Virus record (IMG/VR): IMGVR_UViG_3300048672_000386
Coordinates: 2,316-66,315 of that record
DNA length: 64,000 bases
Reading direction: 5' to 3' (one strand)
Source: a virus
Under the pieces are notes generated by a model that was not told where the DNA came from, did no database searches, and saw only the letters and a program-made list of their open reading frames with translations. The stretch's first letter is position 1, and each line of letters opens with the position of its first letter. Both the position numbers and the translations under genes were made by a program. Shown one piece after another: positions 1-10,217 of the stretch.

Positions 1-3000
1 TTTCTTGTACCATCTTAGCAAAGTCGATAGCAATTCCTTTGAAAGCCTGTTTAACAGTTTCAGCTCCTTGAGTCCATTGTATAAAGTGGTCACTAATTGA
101 GTTAATAGTATCCGCAGTAGCTTGATTAATTACAGCATCTTTAGCCATAGCTAAATCATTCATTGCAGTAGTAGTTTGTTCTATCTGTGTTTGAAGCTTA
201 TACCACTCGTTAGTACCTTCTTGTCCTAACTGTTGTTTCTTGTAAGCTTCAATTTGTGATAAGAAGTTAGCTTGTTTAACGCCATAATTGTTTCTTGCAG
301 TTTCCTCAGTAGCCATAGTTCCTATGAAGTTACCACTAATACCCATTCTTGAAGCTTGATTAGCCATAAGATTAGCACTAGCAGCATCAGAATAACCTTG
401 ATAAGTAGAAGTTGTTTCTTCTATCTTTGCAGTTTTGGCTTTCATTAGCTCAATTTGATTAAGTTGAGCAAGTTGTTTCTCTGTTAAAGCTATGAGTTTG
501 GTCTTTTCAGCTACTTCTTCCTTAGAAAGTCCACTGCTATTGGCTTCTAACTTAAGTTTCTCAGTAGCAAGTAACTTAAGTGTTTCCTCTTGGCTAAGCT
601 GTTGTTTGGTAGCGAGCGTTTTCTCATTAAGAATACCAAGACTATCTTCTAAAGAACTTTGAATCTCAAATTGTTTTCTAGCAAGTGCATCTTGTAATGG
701 TATAACATTGTTAATAGCAATAGCTGTCTTATCTTTAAGAGTCTCAGCACTTATGCTTGCACGTTCTTTCTCTAAGTTAAGAATTTCTGTTTGTAAGCTA
801 GACTTAGTAGCTTGGTTTGCTGTTCTAAGGATAGTCTCTTTTGCATTAGCAACAAGTTGGTCTATCTGTGAAACAAGTTCTGGGTTAATAGTAGCATTAA
901 CCTCAGCAGTCTTAGCTAATCGTTCTTTGTCAGAAAGTGGGAAAGTAAGGTTGTCTAATTTAGCTAGTTCAGTTTCTTTTTGCGTTTTAAGAAGTTCAAA
1001 AGTTCCTGTTAGTTTAGCCTTTGAGTCCTCCAAAGATTTTATTAACTCATCGGACGCTGTAGCTATATCGGTATTTTTCTGGTTAATAGCGTCTTCTTGT
1101 ATCTTAGCCTTTTTAACTGCAATTTCTTCCAGTGTCTTAGCGGTAGCGTCTTCTGTTTTATATTCACCAGATTTAATAGAAGATGCAGAAGGACTATATA
1201 AAGCATGAACCTTATTAACATAGTCTTTAGTTTCTGCATAAGGAGGGACTTGATAATTATGTCTTTTAACTGCATTAGCTCCAGCATTATAGCCTGCTGC
1301 TATTAAGTCAACATCTCCATTAAACTGTTTAGAGAGTTGTCCTAGTAGTTTTATACCGCCTTCTATATTCTGTGCAACATTATTAACATCTTTTACACCC
1401 ATAGCCTGTGCTGTAGTAGGAATAAGCTGCATAAGTCCACCAGCACCAGCAGAACTTACTAGACCATTAACTCCATGAGACTCTATAGCCATTATAGTCT
1501 TAGCTAAGTTAGGGTCTACTTTATATTGAGCAGAAAACAGTCTTATTAAGTTATCATACTTAGCTGTATTCTCATATCCTTTAGCTAAACTAGCTTCAAC
1601 TTTAGCACTTAAAGCAGAAGATACAAACGTAGATTGTACTGGTATCTTTTGTTCAAACTTAAGTCCAGCTAAATCAATTGGAGTTTGTCTAGTCATTACA
1701 GAAGAAGTATCGACAGGCTTAGGCATTCTAGCTAACATTTCTTCAAAGATTCTTTTCTCTTCTATAGCTAGGTCATTAGTTTTAATAACTCCATCTGATA
1801 CTTGATTTATAGCAGCAGTATGTGCATCCATCTTAGCTTCATATAACTTCCAAGTATCTACTGTTCGTTTAGTTGCTTCTGTAATAGCTTTCTCAGAAAC
1901 ATCTTCAATCTTCTTAAATCCGTGGTCTAAATGAGTTGCATTATACTGTTCTCTAGCTGTATTAATAATATTAGGGTCTAAAGTACCAGACTCTAAGGCT
2001 TTACTAGCTTCCGCAGTAGTCTTAAAAGCCTTAGAGTCTACTAAAGCTTGTGGCATTTCTTGTTTAAATTTTTGCAAAGTTCCTAGTTTTAAATAAGCAT
2101 CATTATAAGCATTAGCTTCCTTAGAGTTAGCCACTAACCGCTCACTAAGTGCTTCTTCTTTCTTAGCTTTTTCTTCTAGTGCTTGTAGTTCTTTCTTAGC
2201 GGTCTCTTCTTTTAATCGACTAATCTTACGTTGAACCTCATGTTGTTGTTTCATAGATTCAAGAGCAGTAATACTTCCAAGTTTCTCTCTTGCTTGTATC
2301 TTAGCTATTTCCGTGTTTTGATTGGCAGTATCTATATCAAGTTGGCTTTGAAGTTTTTGATTAAATCTACTGAATTCAGCTTCAATCCTTCCTAGTGCAG
2401 TTGTAATACTTTTATTCATTCCAGCCATAGTTTCATCAACTACTCCAGAAGTTCCAGCTAATAAGGCTTCTTTAACTCTTTCATTTAGAGCTTCTGTTTG
2501 ACGGACGGCTTCTTCTTCTGCGGATTTAACAATTATTCTTCTAGCCTCTTCTTGTTTACTAGCATCGTATAAACCTTGAATATTTCTAGCTTGTGCTGGA
2601 AACAAGGCTTCAACTTGAGTAAGCATAGCATTTTCCCAAAAAGGTGTGTTACCTTCTTTTGGTTTGTTTCCTAAACCCGTTATAAAGTTCTTAGAAGATT
2701 CATCTGGTTTTAATTTCGGTATTAAGTCTTTAAGTTTTTCTAATTTAGCTATTAATAAATCCCAACCAGCTAGAACTGTACCACCAAGAGTAATACTTTT
2801 TTTAACATCTATTGCAGTTCCGTTTAATTGATTTAAGGAAGATTTAACTGTAACAGTACCGACTTCTAAGTCTTTCAGAACCATTACAGCAGTTCCAAGT
2901 ATAGCAACTAACTTAACCCAAGGGGGTAGCAAAGTTATTGTACTTGTAGCAAATATTTTCATATTAGACCAGATACTTAGTCCAGCTAGACTAGCACTAG

Positions 3001-6000
3001 CAGCTTCTAAAGTAACCATACCAGCAGAAGCCATCATAGCCGCATTTCTAGCCACTAATAAGGCTTTAGTTGCCACACTTAGTTGAGTTACTAAAGCTAT
3101 GCCAAGTGCAGAACCTAGTATAGTAGTAGTATTAACTAATAGTGTCATGTTTTCTTTCAAGAATATTAAAGCATTGGTAGCTATATCTAAACCACCTTTG
3201 ATTCCACCTTTAGACTCCTCATATATTTTGTTTGCAAAGTTAGTCCAAGCAGTTGATAATCTTTGAATATGGGCATTAACACCTTGACTTGCATATTCCA
3301 AACTAGCAGGGTCAGCAAACATAGCAGCATAAGTTCTTGAGAAGTTAAGAAGAGTCTCCTTTGGAACTACTAAACCTTTCTTCATATCATCCATTAACTG
3401 TCTAGTAGTCTTACCCATACTAAGTGCAAAGATATTAACAGCAGCAGGTAACTGATTACCTAATTGACGTTTAAGTTCTTCCATCATAACTTGATTCTTT
3501 GCATACATTTGGTTCAATGCAGTAAAGGCACTTTTCATCTTATCGGCTGGAAGATGCAATACCATACCAGCCTTTGAAATATTAGCAAAGATTTCTTGAA
3601 TGTTCTCTACTTTCTCTCCTGAGAACTTAGCACTTGCGGCAAAGTCTACGAAACTTGAACGGAGTGTGTCGATACTTATACCAGCCGATTGGGCTAAGTC
3701 GTCTAGGAACTTTAATTCTTGATTAACCTTAGTAGTTACACTGAATACTGCTTTTAATGTTGCATAGGTAGTTTCAAATTGTAAACCCGCCTCTGGAACA
3801 CTACGCATTGCGTTTGTGAAAGTATTAACAGCGGCGTTGATAAGTTTATAACCAACAACTAGGTCAAAGATACGTTCTAGGAAAGGTTTGTGAACTTGGT
3901 CTAGTTGGTGAACTCCTTTAGTTAGCTTTTCTATCTCTCCTAGGGCTTTTTGTGCGGCATCACGTTGTTTAAGTAGTGCAGCCTCTCCTATTAAGAAACC
4001 AGCCCGCATCCTAGCTAAACCTGCTTGGTCTAGTTTAGGGTCAAGCAGTTTATTCTGAAACTTTTGAACTAACTTATCATAAGCCTTCCCAATATCCTCT
4101 AGTTGGAAACGAATCTTCTGTCCTTGCACGGCATCCGTAGAAGCTCCAGAAGCTTTCATTTGGTTAAGAGTTCCTGTGCGTTCAAAACCGACTTGTTTAC
4201 CAACTACATAACTAGAACCTTTAGCTTGTAATCTTTCCAAAGCTTTAAGTTGTGCTTCGTAAGTTCTAACAGCCGCGTTACCTTGTGTAACTGCTGCTTG
4301 CATAGCCGCTTGTACTTGTGTTTGATAAGCTAACCAAGCAGAAGTAAGTCTTTGAACATAGTTAATGCCAGCTTGGGTTGTAGGAGCAGAATCTCTTTGA
4401 GCTACATACTTGGCATAACCTTCTGTAAGGAGTCTATTAAGGTTAAGTTCCTTCTGTCTTTCAGCCGCCGCTTGTTTAAGTGCAGGACTTAAATCATTAT
4501 AAGCTTTTCGTAAACGGTTTCTTTCTTCAAGTTCTGCTTTAATAGCATTAACATTATTAAGAGTATCAAATTGTGCTTGCGTAACACCTCTTCTATAGTC
4601 TTGTATAGCTATAAGAAGGTTTTGATAACCTTGCCAAGCTAATGTTGTTGCTTGCTGTAATGTATTAAAGATATTAATAATACCAGCAATACCCATACTA
4701 GCAGTTTGTAACTGTCCAAGATTAACAGTTAAAGTATGTGTAGCATTATTCAATAAGTTAATAGCATTAGCAGAAGCAGCTAAGGCAGTTGGGGATAAGA
4801 CACCAGCAGGTATCGCAACTAACTGGGTAATCAAACCATGTAAAGCATTTTGCATAGCTGTTAGTTGTGCAGTTGCATTAACTGTTTGTGTTCCTAAACT
4901 ATTAATAAAGTTAGTTGGGTTAGCTACTACTTGGCTTATTGGTGTTGTTGCACCTACGTTCGGGGCTTGTATATTCTTTGGAACTGTAGCAAGAGCAGTC
5001 TTACTAGCTTGTGTAATTTGTTGGCTTGAAAGTTTAGCTTGGGCAACAGCTTGTTGCGTAGCTTGTCTAGCCGCCGCCGCAGCTTGTTGGTTTGCTAGTT
5101 TATTAGCAGCCGCTTGGGCATTTATGTTAGCTTGTAACTGCGCTAGGATAGCTTTACTATTAGCTTGTGCTTGTTTAATTTGATTAGCAGAAGCTTGTGC
5201 TTGTTGAGTAGCTTGTTGTTTATGAAAGTTAGCACTTTGGGTATTTATATTAGCTTGGAGTTTAGCAATAATACTTGCGCTAGTTTGAGAAGCTTTCATC
5301 TGGGCTTTAACTTGAGCAGCTTTATTAGCATCCCAAACTTTATTTAAGGCATTAGCTTGGATATGCAAAGCTTCTATATCCTTTTTAATTCTTTGTACAT
5401 TAGTTTCAAGAATCTTAACTTCACTTGCAGTAAGAATATCAGAAGCTTTCCAAGTTTTAGGCTTAGTACCTGATATTAAATAAGAAGGATGTACTAGATT
5501 ATACCCAGAAGAAGGTTCATTAGCTTTTTGTTTGTATCTGATTGCGTCATTTATTGTTTCTATTCTATAGAAAATCTTTTCCATGCTATCAGCTAAACCT
5601 TTATACTTAGCTATTTGCTTATCTAGTACGGATAAGCCCTCACCTATCTGTAGAGAACCTTTAGCAGAACCTTGTAAAATGGCAGATTTGCGTAAAGATT
5701 CTAAGGCTGTTCTTTCAGCCTCTAGTTTTTTAACTAGCCCAGAGGATAGTGAAGCTCTAGTTGCATAATCACTTAAAGTAGTTTCTTTCAAAGTTTGCAT
5801 AGCGTTAGCTAATTCTAAGACTTTCTGGTTAGCACTAGCAGTACCACCAAAAGCTTTATTAAGCCAAGAACTTTCCCCAATCTTTCCTAAGTCAGTTGCT
5901 AGAACGTGTAGATTCTTATTAAGTACAGCTTCAACTTCTTGTACCTTTTTAAAACCTTCTGTTACTTTGGTAACATCCAAAGCTAGTACATAGGTTATTT

Positions 6001-6013
6001 TAGACTCAGCCAT
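1..6013 (-). CDS. Tape measure protein (>2000 aa, 3' end outside window) with soluble lytic transglycosylase domain
   Basis: Not in ORF track because its stop is off-window. ATG at 6013 after GGAG (MAESKITYVLALDV...). Same frame gives a tape-measure motif (~3200-3850: AFTALNQMYAKNQVMMEELKRQLGNQLP) and SLT motifs (~1200-1560: IMAIESHG...AGGLMQLIP...AGYNAG...ETKDYV). Frame checked at these points, not codon by codon. Confidence 0.93.
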   Translation of the reverse strand, partial: MAESKITYVLALDVTKVTEGFKKVQEVEAVLNKNLHVLATDLGKIGESSWLNKAFGGTASANQKVLELANAMQTLKETTLSDYATRASLSSGLVKKLEAERTALESLRKSAILQGSAKGSLQIGEGLSVLDKQIAKYKGLADSMEKIFYRIETINDAIRYKQKANEPSSGYNLVHPSYLISGTKPKTWKASDILTASEVKILETNVQRIKKDIEALHIQANALNKVWDANKAAQVKAQMKASQTSASIIAKLQANINTQSANFHKQQATQQAQASANQIKQAQANSKAILAQLQANINAQAAANKLANQQAAAAARQATQQAVAQAKLSSQQITQASKTALATVPKNIQAPNVGATTPISQVVANPTNFINSLGTQTVNATAQLTAMQNALHGLITQLVAIPAGVLSPTALAASANAINLLNNATHTLTVNLGQLQTASMGIAGIINIFNTLQQATTLAWQGYQNLLIAIQDYRRGVTQAQFDTLNNVNAIKAELEERNRLRKAYNDLSPALKQAAAERQKELNLNRLLTEGYAKYVAQRDSAPTTQAGINYVQRLTSAWLAYQTQVQAAMQAAVTQGNAAVRTYEAQLKALERLQAKGSSYVVGKQVGFERTGTLNQMKASGASTDAVQGQKIRFQLEDIGKAYDKLVQKFQNKLLDPKLDQAGLARMRAGFLIGEAALLKQRDAAQKALGEIEKLTKGVHQLDQVHKPFLERIFDLVVGYKLINAAVNTFTNAMRSVPEAGLQFETTYATLKAVFSVTTKVNQELKFLDDLAQSAGISIDTLRSSFVDFAASAKFSGEKVENIQEIFANISKAGMVLHLPADKMKSAFTALNQMYAKNQVMMEELKRQLGNQLPAAVNIFALSMGKTTRQLMDDMKKGLVVPKETLLNFSRTYAAMFADPASLEYASQGVNAHIQRLSTAWTNFANKIYEESKGGIKGGLDIATNALIFLKENMTLLVNTTTILGSALGIALVTQLSVATKALLVARNAAMMASAGMVTLEAASASLAGLSIWSNMKIFATSTITLLPPWVKLVAILGTAVMVLKDLEVGTVTVKSSLNQLNGTAIDVKKSITLGGTVLAGWDLLIAKLEKLKDLIPKLKPDESSKNFITGLGNKPKEGNTPFWENAMLTQVEALFPAQARNIQGLYDASKQEEARRIIVKSAEEEAVRQTEALNERVKEALLAGTSGVVDETMAGMNKSITTALGRIEAEFSRFNQKLQSQLDIDTANQNTEIAKIQAREKLGSITALESMKQQHEVQRKISRLKEETAKKELQALEEKAKKEEALSERLVANSKEANAYNDAYLKLGTLQKFKQEMPQALVDSKAFKTTAEASKALESGTLDPNIINTAREQYNATHLDHGFKKIEDVSEKAITEATKRTVDTWKLYEAKMDAHTAAINQVSDGVIKTNDLAIEEKRIFEEMLARMPKPVDTSSVMTRQTPIDLAGLKFEQKIPVQSTFVSSALSAKVEASLAKGYENTAKYDNLIRLFSAQYKVDPNLAKTIMAIESHGVNGLVSSAGAGGLMQLIPTTAQAMGVKDVNNVAQNIEGGIKLLGQLSKQFNGDVDLIAAGYNAGANAVKRHNYQVPPYAETKDYVNKVHALYSPSASSIKSGEYKTEDATAKTLEEIAVKKAKIQEDAINQKNTDIATASDELIKSLEDSKAKLTGTFELLKTQKETELAKLDNLTFPLSDKERLAKTAEVNATINPELVSQIDQLVANAKETILRTANQATKSSLQTEILNLEKERASISAETLKDKTAIAINNVIPLQDALARKQFEIQSSLEDSLGILNEKTLATKQQLSQEETLKLLATEKLKLEANSSGLSKEEVAEKTKLIALTEKQLAQLNQIELMKAKTAKIEETTSTYQGYSDAASANLMANQASRMGISGNFIGTMATEETARNNYGVKQANFLSQIEAYKKQQLGQEGTNEWYKLQTQIEQTTTAMNDLAMAKDAVINQATADTINSISDHFIQWTQGAETVKQAFKGIAIDFAKMVQE

Positions 6014-6036
6014 AATAAAGAACTCCAAAAGGTTTT

Positions 6037-6062
6037 AAAAAGAGGGGTAGTTTCCTACCCCT
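6037..6062 (-). terminator. Rho-independent terminator-like hairpin before tape measure
   Basis: Minus strand AGGGGTAG-GAAA-CTACCCCT followed by CTTTTT. Confidence 0.7.
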
Positions 6063-6082
6063 TAGTGCATCATGCAAGGAAA

Positions 6083-6526
6083 CTAGGAATTACTAGCTGT
6101 GTTCTGTATAGCTTGTAAGCAAGCGGTACGCAGACTATCTCGATAAGGAAAGCTACTCCATAGCATATCAAAGTATAAATCCAAGTCACCGTTAGCCCGA
6201 ACAGAGGGAACTTTGATAGTTTTACCTGAATCATCTTGACCTTTGACATTCTTAAAGTCAACGATATGTTCTTTCACGAAAGCTTTAACGTCTTCGGCAG
6301 AGTTTACTACATCAGATTCCCAGATACTAGAACTACCATCTTTAGTAGCTTCAAGAGTTTGTTGATTAGCCTCTGCAATCTTATCAAACTTGGCAAGATG
6401 CTTGTTGGCTTCTTGGATAGGATAACGCTTAAATTCAATTTGTAGTTGGTCAGTTTTACCAGCCGCATCTTTAACTACGGCATTAATAAGGACTGTGGCA
6501 GTTTGTAAAGCAAGTTCGTATTTCAT
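6083..6526 (-). CDS. Tail assembly chaperone (gpG-like), stand-alone copy
   Basis: Between tail tube and tape measure; paralogous to the N-terminus of 6545..7285. Confidence 0.7.
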   Translation of the reverse strand: MKYELALQTATVLINAVVKDAAGKTDQLQIEFKRYPIQEANKHLAKFDKIAEANQQTLEATKDGSSSIWESDVVNSAEDVKAFVKEHIVDFKNVKGQDDSGKTIKVPSVRANGDLDLYFDMLWSSFPYRDSLRTACLQAIQNTASNS

Positions 6527-6544
6527 TTTGGTATCTCCAAAGGT

Positions 6545-7285
6545 TTATTTTTCAGATTTCATTGATTCATATCCAGCAAACAGCAAAGATATGAAACTTA
6601 AGGTATCACTAATTTTAAGTTTAGCTTCTTTAGCAAGTTCTATGATAACAACTGGATTTATTATTCCCCATTCATTTCTATATAACTTTGCAATATTAAA
6701 CAACTCAAGATAAGGAATATTAGACTTCCAAGCTAAGTCAGGTAAGGTAGAAACAGTTAGTTTTTCTTTAACTACTTCCAAAAGCTGTTTAACGTCTTCT
6801 TCATCAGAAAAGTTCATAAACTCACCAAGTCCTTCTTGTAACATTTTTGTATCTTCCTTTATCTTAGTTTCTAAATCCTGCTTGCCATAGTCTAGCTCAT
6901 ATTGAAACTTTCCAATTTCAAACAAGTTTTGTTCTTGCAAACTTCTCTTTTGTATATGCCCCATACTTTGAAGAATGACAACATAGTTAGCTAGAATACT
7001 TTTAAAGTAAGGTAAACTACTTAAAAGAGACTTCATGATAGCAGTTTCAAAGCTATTTGTCAAACTCCCTGAACCAAGAGCAACTTTATCTACATAAACA
7101 ATGTTACTTAAAAGTATAGAAACTTGTGTTTCATAACTAGACGCAAGTAGTTTTTTAACCATTAGTCTAGCCATAGGTGCATTTAGTAACTTAAAAGCTA
7201 CAACAAAGTCAATCTTCCAATTAGCATCTTGTGCGATAAGCGTAACTTCAATAAAATCTGGTACAATTTTCATTCTATCTCCCAA
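6545..7285 (-). CDS. Tail assembly chaperone, in-frame gpG-gpT-like fusion
   Basis: N-terminal half resembles 6083..6526 (DA..K.D....FK; LLSSLPY vs LWSSFPY). C-terminal extension (LELF...EWGIINP) sits where gpT is expected. Confidence 0.6.
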   Translation of the reverse strand: MGDRMKIVPDFIEVTLIAQDANWKIDFVVAFKLLNAPMARLMVKKLLASSYETQVSILLSNIVYVDKVALGSGSLTNSFETAIMKSLLSSLPYFKSILANYVVILQSMGHIQKRSLQEQNLFEIGKFQYELDYGKQDLETKIKEDTKMLQEGLGEFMNFSDEEDVKQLLEVVKEKLTVSTLPDLAWKSNIPYLELFNIAKLYRNEWGIINPVVIIELAKEAKLKISDTLSFISLLFAGYESMKSEK

Positions 7286-7338
7286 TAAAAAGCAGGATAA
7301 GCTACCACCTACCCTGCTTATTGTACCACAAAACTAAC

Positions 7339-9297
7339 TTACTTCAAGCTAATCTTTGTAAATCCACTGTAAGTAAAGTCTAAGTCGAAAGCAGCACGGT
7401 TATTAACAGTTGTCTGCTTATAACCTTTAAGAATCAACTTTGTAACTTCTAATTCAACAGTATTACCGCTTGTGCCGTCTTGCTTAAAGTTAAACCAAAA
7501 CTCCTTACCTAGACTATCTTCTGTATTGAATTGAGTTTCAATAGCTGTATTAGCTTCTGGTTCTAGGATAGTAAGGGTTAAAGTACCAGCTTTAGCACTT
7601 GTGTCCCAAGTGTCTTCACAACCTGTCATAACACGTTGATGTTCAAAACCATCAGCATTGGTAAAGCTAAGTTTGCTAAAACAAATGTTATTCAAGATAA
7701 GACCTGAACCTGTTTCCTGCAAACTAGCATTACGAACATTCTCAGCCTTAGTTACAAAAGCTGCATCGGCTTTCTGAGTTGTAATTGGATAACTAAGCTC
7801 CGCAATATTAACAATATCATAGATATTACCATGATAGTTAAAGGCAACTTTAGGACGTTGACCAATTTCAATTGTTAAGTCAACTGTAGCCACTGCATCT
7901 GTTACGATGATAGTTTTTTGCAAGCCAACAAGCTTATCCGAAGACTTACGAACGTGTAGTGTTAAGGTATCAGAAGATGGATATTCATTAGTAAACAATA
8001 GTTCCTTGATTACAGGAACTAAACTAGCAGTTGTAATAGGTGTTTGAACAATGGTATTTGCAGAAGTAGCATAAGTAACAGCCGCATAAGTACCTGTAGT
8101 AACTAAAGCTGGTAATAAAGCTTGCTTAGCTTCTGCTTGTAGGTAAAAGTCTCTTACTTTATCTTTCAAAGTAATGAACTCAGCTTCCACAGCTACATTT
8201 GAGTTTACCAAAGCATCTATATAAGTTCCAGAAGCTAAAGTAGTTCCCAAGGTAGCTACATCAATTAAATCCACTGCTACTTTAACAGCCGCATCTGTAG
8301 TGAGTAAGTCAGCTACTAGAGCAGCTCCAGAAGGGTCTACGATGAGATTAACTCCCATAGTATGCCAAAGTAGTTTTATTGCATCAACAGTAGTAGTTAT
8401 TCTTGTTAAGATGTCTGCGGTTTCTACTCTTGCTGCTGCTAAGTTTACTAACAAGTCATCTACTGCTGTATTACCAGTAACACCAAGGTCTAATAAGTTT
8501 AACTTATTAGCAACTCTTTCAGCATTAAGTAAATTACTTTCTGCCCAGCTATTCTCAGTCTTAGCTTTCTGTAACTGTGTTTCTGCCTTAACATATAAAT
8601 CATTAAGAGCTTCTGTGATAGACAGACTAGCATCAGCAACTACATGAAACTTTCCAGCCTCCATAAAAGGAATAATGGGGATAGTAGCTAAAGCACCTGT
8701 AGCTTGGTCATTAACATTTAAAGTAGCTTTAGCCGCTTGAGTACCAGCTAAGGTTAAGCTTGTTACGTTAGTATTAGCTGTTAAAGCAATTGCTAGGATA
8801 ATAGAACTGTCATTAGCATTAAGTGCATAGCTAAAGTTAGCATTAGGAGTTCCAGTTAATGTTGAGTGTATTTGTGTAGCACTCCCGCCGTTTAAGTATG
8901 CTAATAATTCTTCTGCTAATTCAATAGGTGTAGCAGAAGAACCAACGGTCATAGTTGCACCAGCAAATATAATAGTCCCGCTAGAGATACTATCAACAAA
9001 TTGCAAAACAGCAGTTTCGTACCCATAAACAGGTCTGCCAAACAAACTACCTAATTTTGGCAACACTGTCTCTGCTTTAACATCGGCAAAACGGTCAGTA
9101 ATAGCAACACTAGCTTCACGTTGTTGAACATTACCTAAGTAAGCTTCTTCATTGGAAGTAATATTATCATCAAAAGATAAAGTCATTGCGGCTAAGGCAT
9201 GGCTAGAAGACAAAGTTTCAGGGACTCCTGAACCACCTGTTTGTTTAGCCCCATATAAGGCAACTGCTTTTTCTGTAAAACTTACTGGACTAGCCAT
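7339..9297 (-). CDS. Major tail (tube) protein with large internal insertions
   Basis: Position after tail terminator and before chaperones; beta-rich tube-like N- and C-termini; 652 aa. Confidence 0.8.
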   Translation of the reverse strand: MASPVSFTEKAVALYGAKQTGGSGVPETLSSSHALAAMTLSFDDNITSNEEAYLGNVQQREASVAITDRFADVKAETVLPKLGSLFGRPVYGYETAVLQFVDSISSGTIIFAGATMTVGSSATPIELAEELLAYLNGGSATQIHSTLTGTPNANFSYALNANDSSIILAIALTANTNVTSLTLAGTQAAKATLNVNDQATGALATIPIIPFMEAGKFHVVADASLSITEALNDLYVKAETQLQKAKTENSWAESNLLNAERVANKLNLLDLGVTGNTAVDDLLVNLAAARVETADILTRITTTVDAIKLLWHTMGVNLIVDPSGAALVADLLTTDAAVKVAVDLIDVATLGTTLASGTYIDALVNSNVAVEAEFITLKDKVRDFYLQAEAKQALLPALVTTGTYAAVTYATSANTIVQTPITTASLVPVIKELLFTNEYPSSDTLTLHVRKSSDKLVGLQKTIIVTDAVATVDLTIEIGQRPKVAFNYHGNIYDIVNIAELSYPITTQKADAAFVTKAENVRNASLQETGSGLILNNICFSKLSFTNADGFEHQRVMTGCEDTWDTSAKAGTLTLTILEPEANTAIETQFNTEDSLGKEFWFNFKQDGTSGNTVELEVTKLILKGYKQTTVNNRAAFDLDFTYSGFTKISLK

Positions 9298-9449
9298 TAG
9301 TTAGACTCCTTAATAAGGTCTTCTGGTTTAATAGATTTTTCAGAAGAAGCATTAACAGCCTTAACAGCAACTAATTTTTCTTCTTGTTTAAGTTCTCTAG
9401 GAACTAAAGTTTCTTCCTTTTGTTTAGGAAGATTCACTGTGATTGCCAT
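9297..9449 (-). CDS. Small hypothetical protein (likely start MAITVNL after AGGAG)
   Basis: ORF track 9297..9500; better RBS at the internal ATG. Confidence 0.5.
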   Translation of the reverse strand: MAITVNLPKQKEETLVPRELKQEEKLVAVKAVNASSEKSIKPEDLIKESN

Positions 9450-9459
9450 TAGGTTCTCC

Positions 9460-9903
9460 TTATGGGTTGAAGTTAAGTAAATTATCGAAAGTAAAGCCAA
9501 AGATAAGTTTAGTCATTATTCTTCCATTATCTGTGATAAAGTCTCCAGCTATTGCTGTGAAACTTCTAAAGTTCTGGTCGGTTGAGACAAACTGACTTGG
9601 TTTATACGCATGAAGATAGTACCAAAGTTTCTGTAAAGCTTCATGATAAGTGAAAACATTGTTTGTAAACATCTTTGCAACATAAACAACATCAACAAAC
9701 ATAACACATTGGTTGTCTATTTCACTAGCAGAACTTAATAAGATTTCGTTCTCTTTTGCTGGAACAAGTCTTGAGTAACAAACTTCAATCAAATCTGCTT
9801 CTTCTTCATAAGATTGTCCTTGTTGAAAAAGTCTATTAGCAATACCAACTTGTACACCCATTGAAGTTTCTAAATAGTTTGCTAAATGTGATAAGTCTAT
9901 CAT
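9460..9903 (-). CDS. Putative tail terminator protein
   Basis: Size and position directly before the tail tube. Confidence 0.55.
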   Translation of the reverse strand: MIDLSHLANYLETSMGVQVGIANRLFQQGQSYEEEADLIEVCYSRLVPAKENEILLSSASEIDNQCVMFVDVVYVAKMFTNNVFTYHEALQKLWYYLHAYKPSQFVSTDQNFRSFTAIAGDFITDNGRIMTKLIFGFTFDNLLNFNP

Positions 9904-10217
9904 ACTATATCCACCAAGTTTGCCGTTACTTTAACCCAACCATAAGGGTCAACAAAAGGTTTTTGTGTAAGTCTCCAACTAAAGGTCTTACTACCAACAG
10001 AAGTTGTGAAAGTATCATCTTTCTCAATTGCAAAGTTATTCCAATCTTCTTGAGTTATTTGCCAGTAGTAGATAATAGCCCGATGACTAAGTGTATCAAC
10101 TTCAAAGTTAATGTTACTAAAGTCTTCCCCGTTAATTCCTTTGATGGTAAAGGTTGGGAAAGTTAGTGGAACTCCAAAGTAACTTAGTAAAGTTGTTTTA
10201 TCTTCTAGCGTTTCCAT
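9900..10217 (-). CDS. Putative head-tail joining protein (gpFII-like)
   Basis: 105 aa, beta-rich, C-terminal D.YGW motif, connector-region synteny. Confidence 0.55.
   Translation of the reverse strand: METLEDKTTLLSYFGVPLTFPTFTIKGINGEDFSNINFEVDTLSHRAIIYYWQITQEDWNNFAIEKDDTFTTSVGSKTFSWRLTQKPFVDPYGWVKVTANLVDIV

Noticed and set aside
708-5768. Short ORF-track calls within 1-6 kb
   Set aside because: Antisense or alternate-frame shadows of the tape measure gene
6070-6261. Alternate-frame ORF as gpT frameshift partner
   Set aside because: Extends only 13 nt past the gpG-like stop; no clear slippery site or T-like sequence
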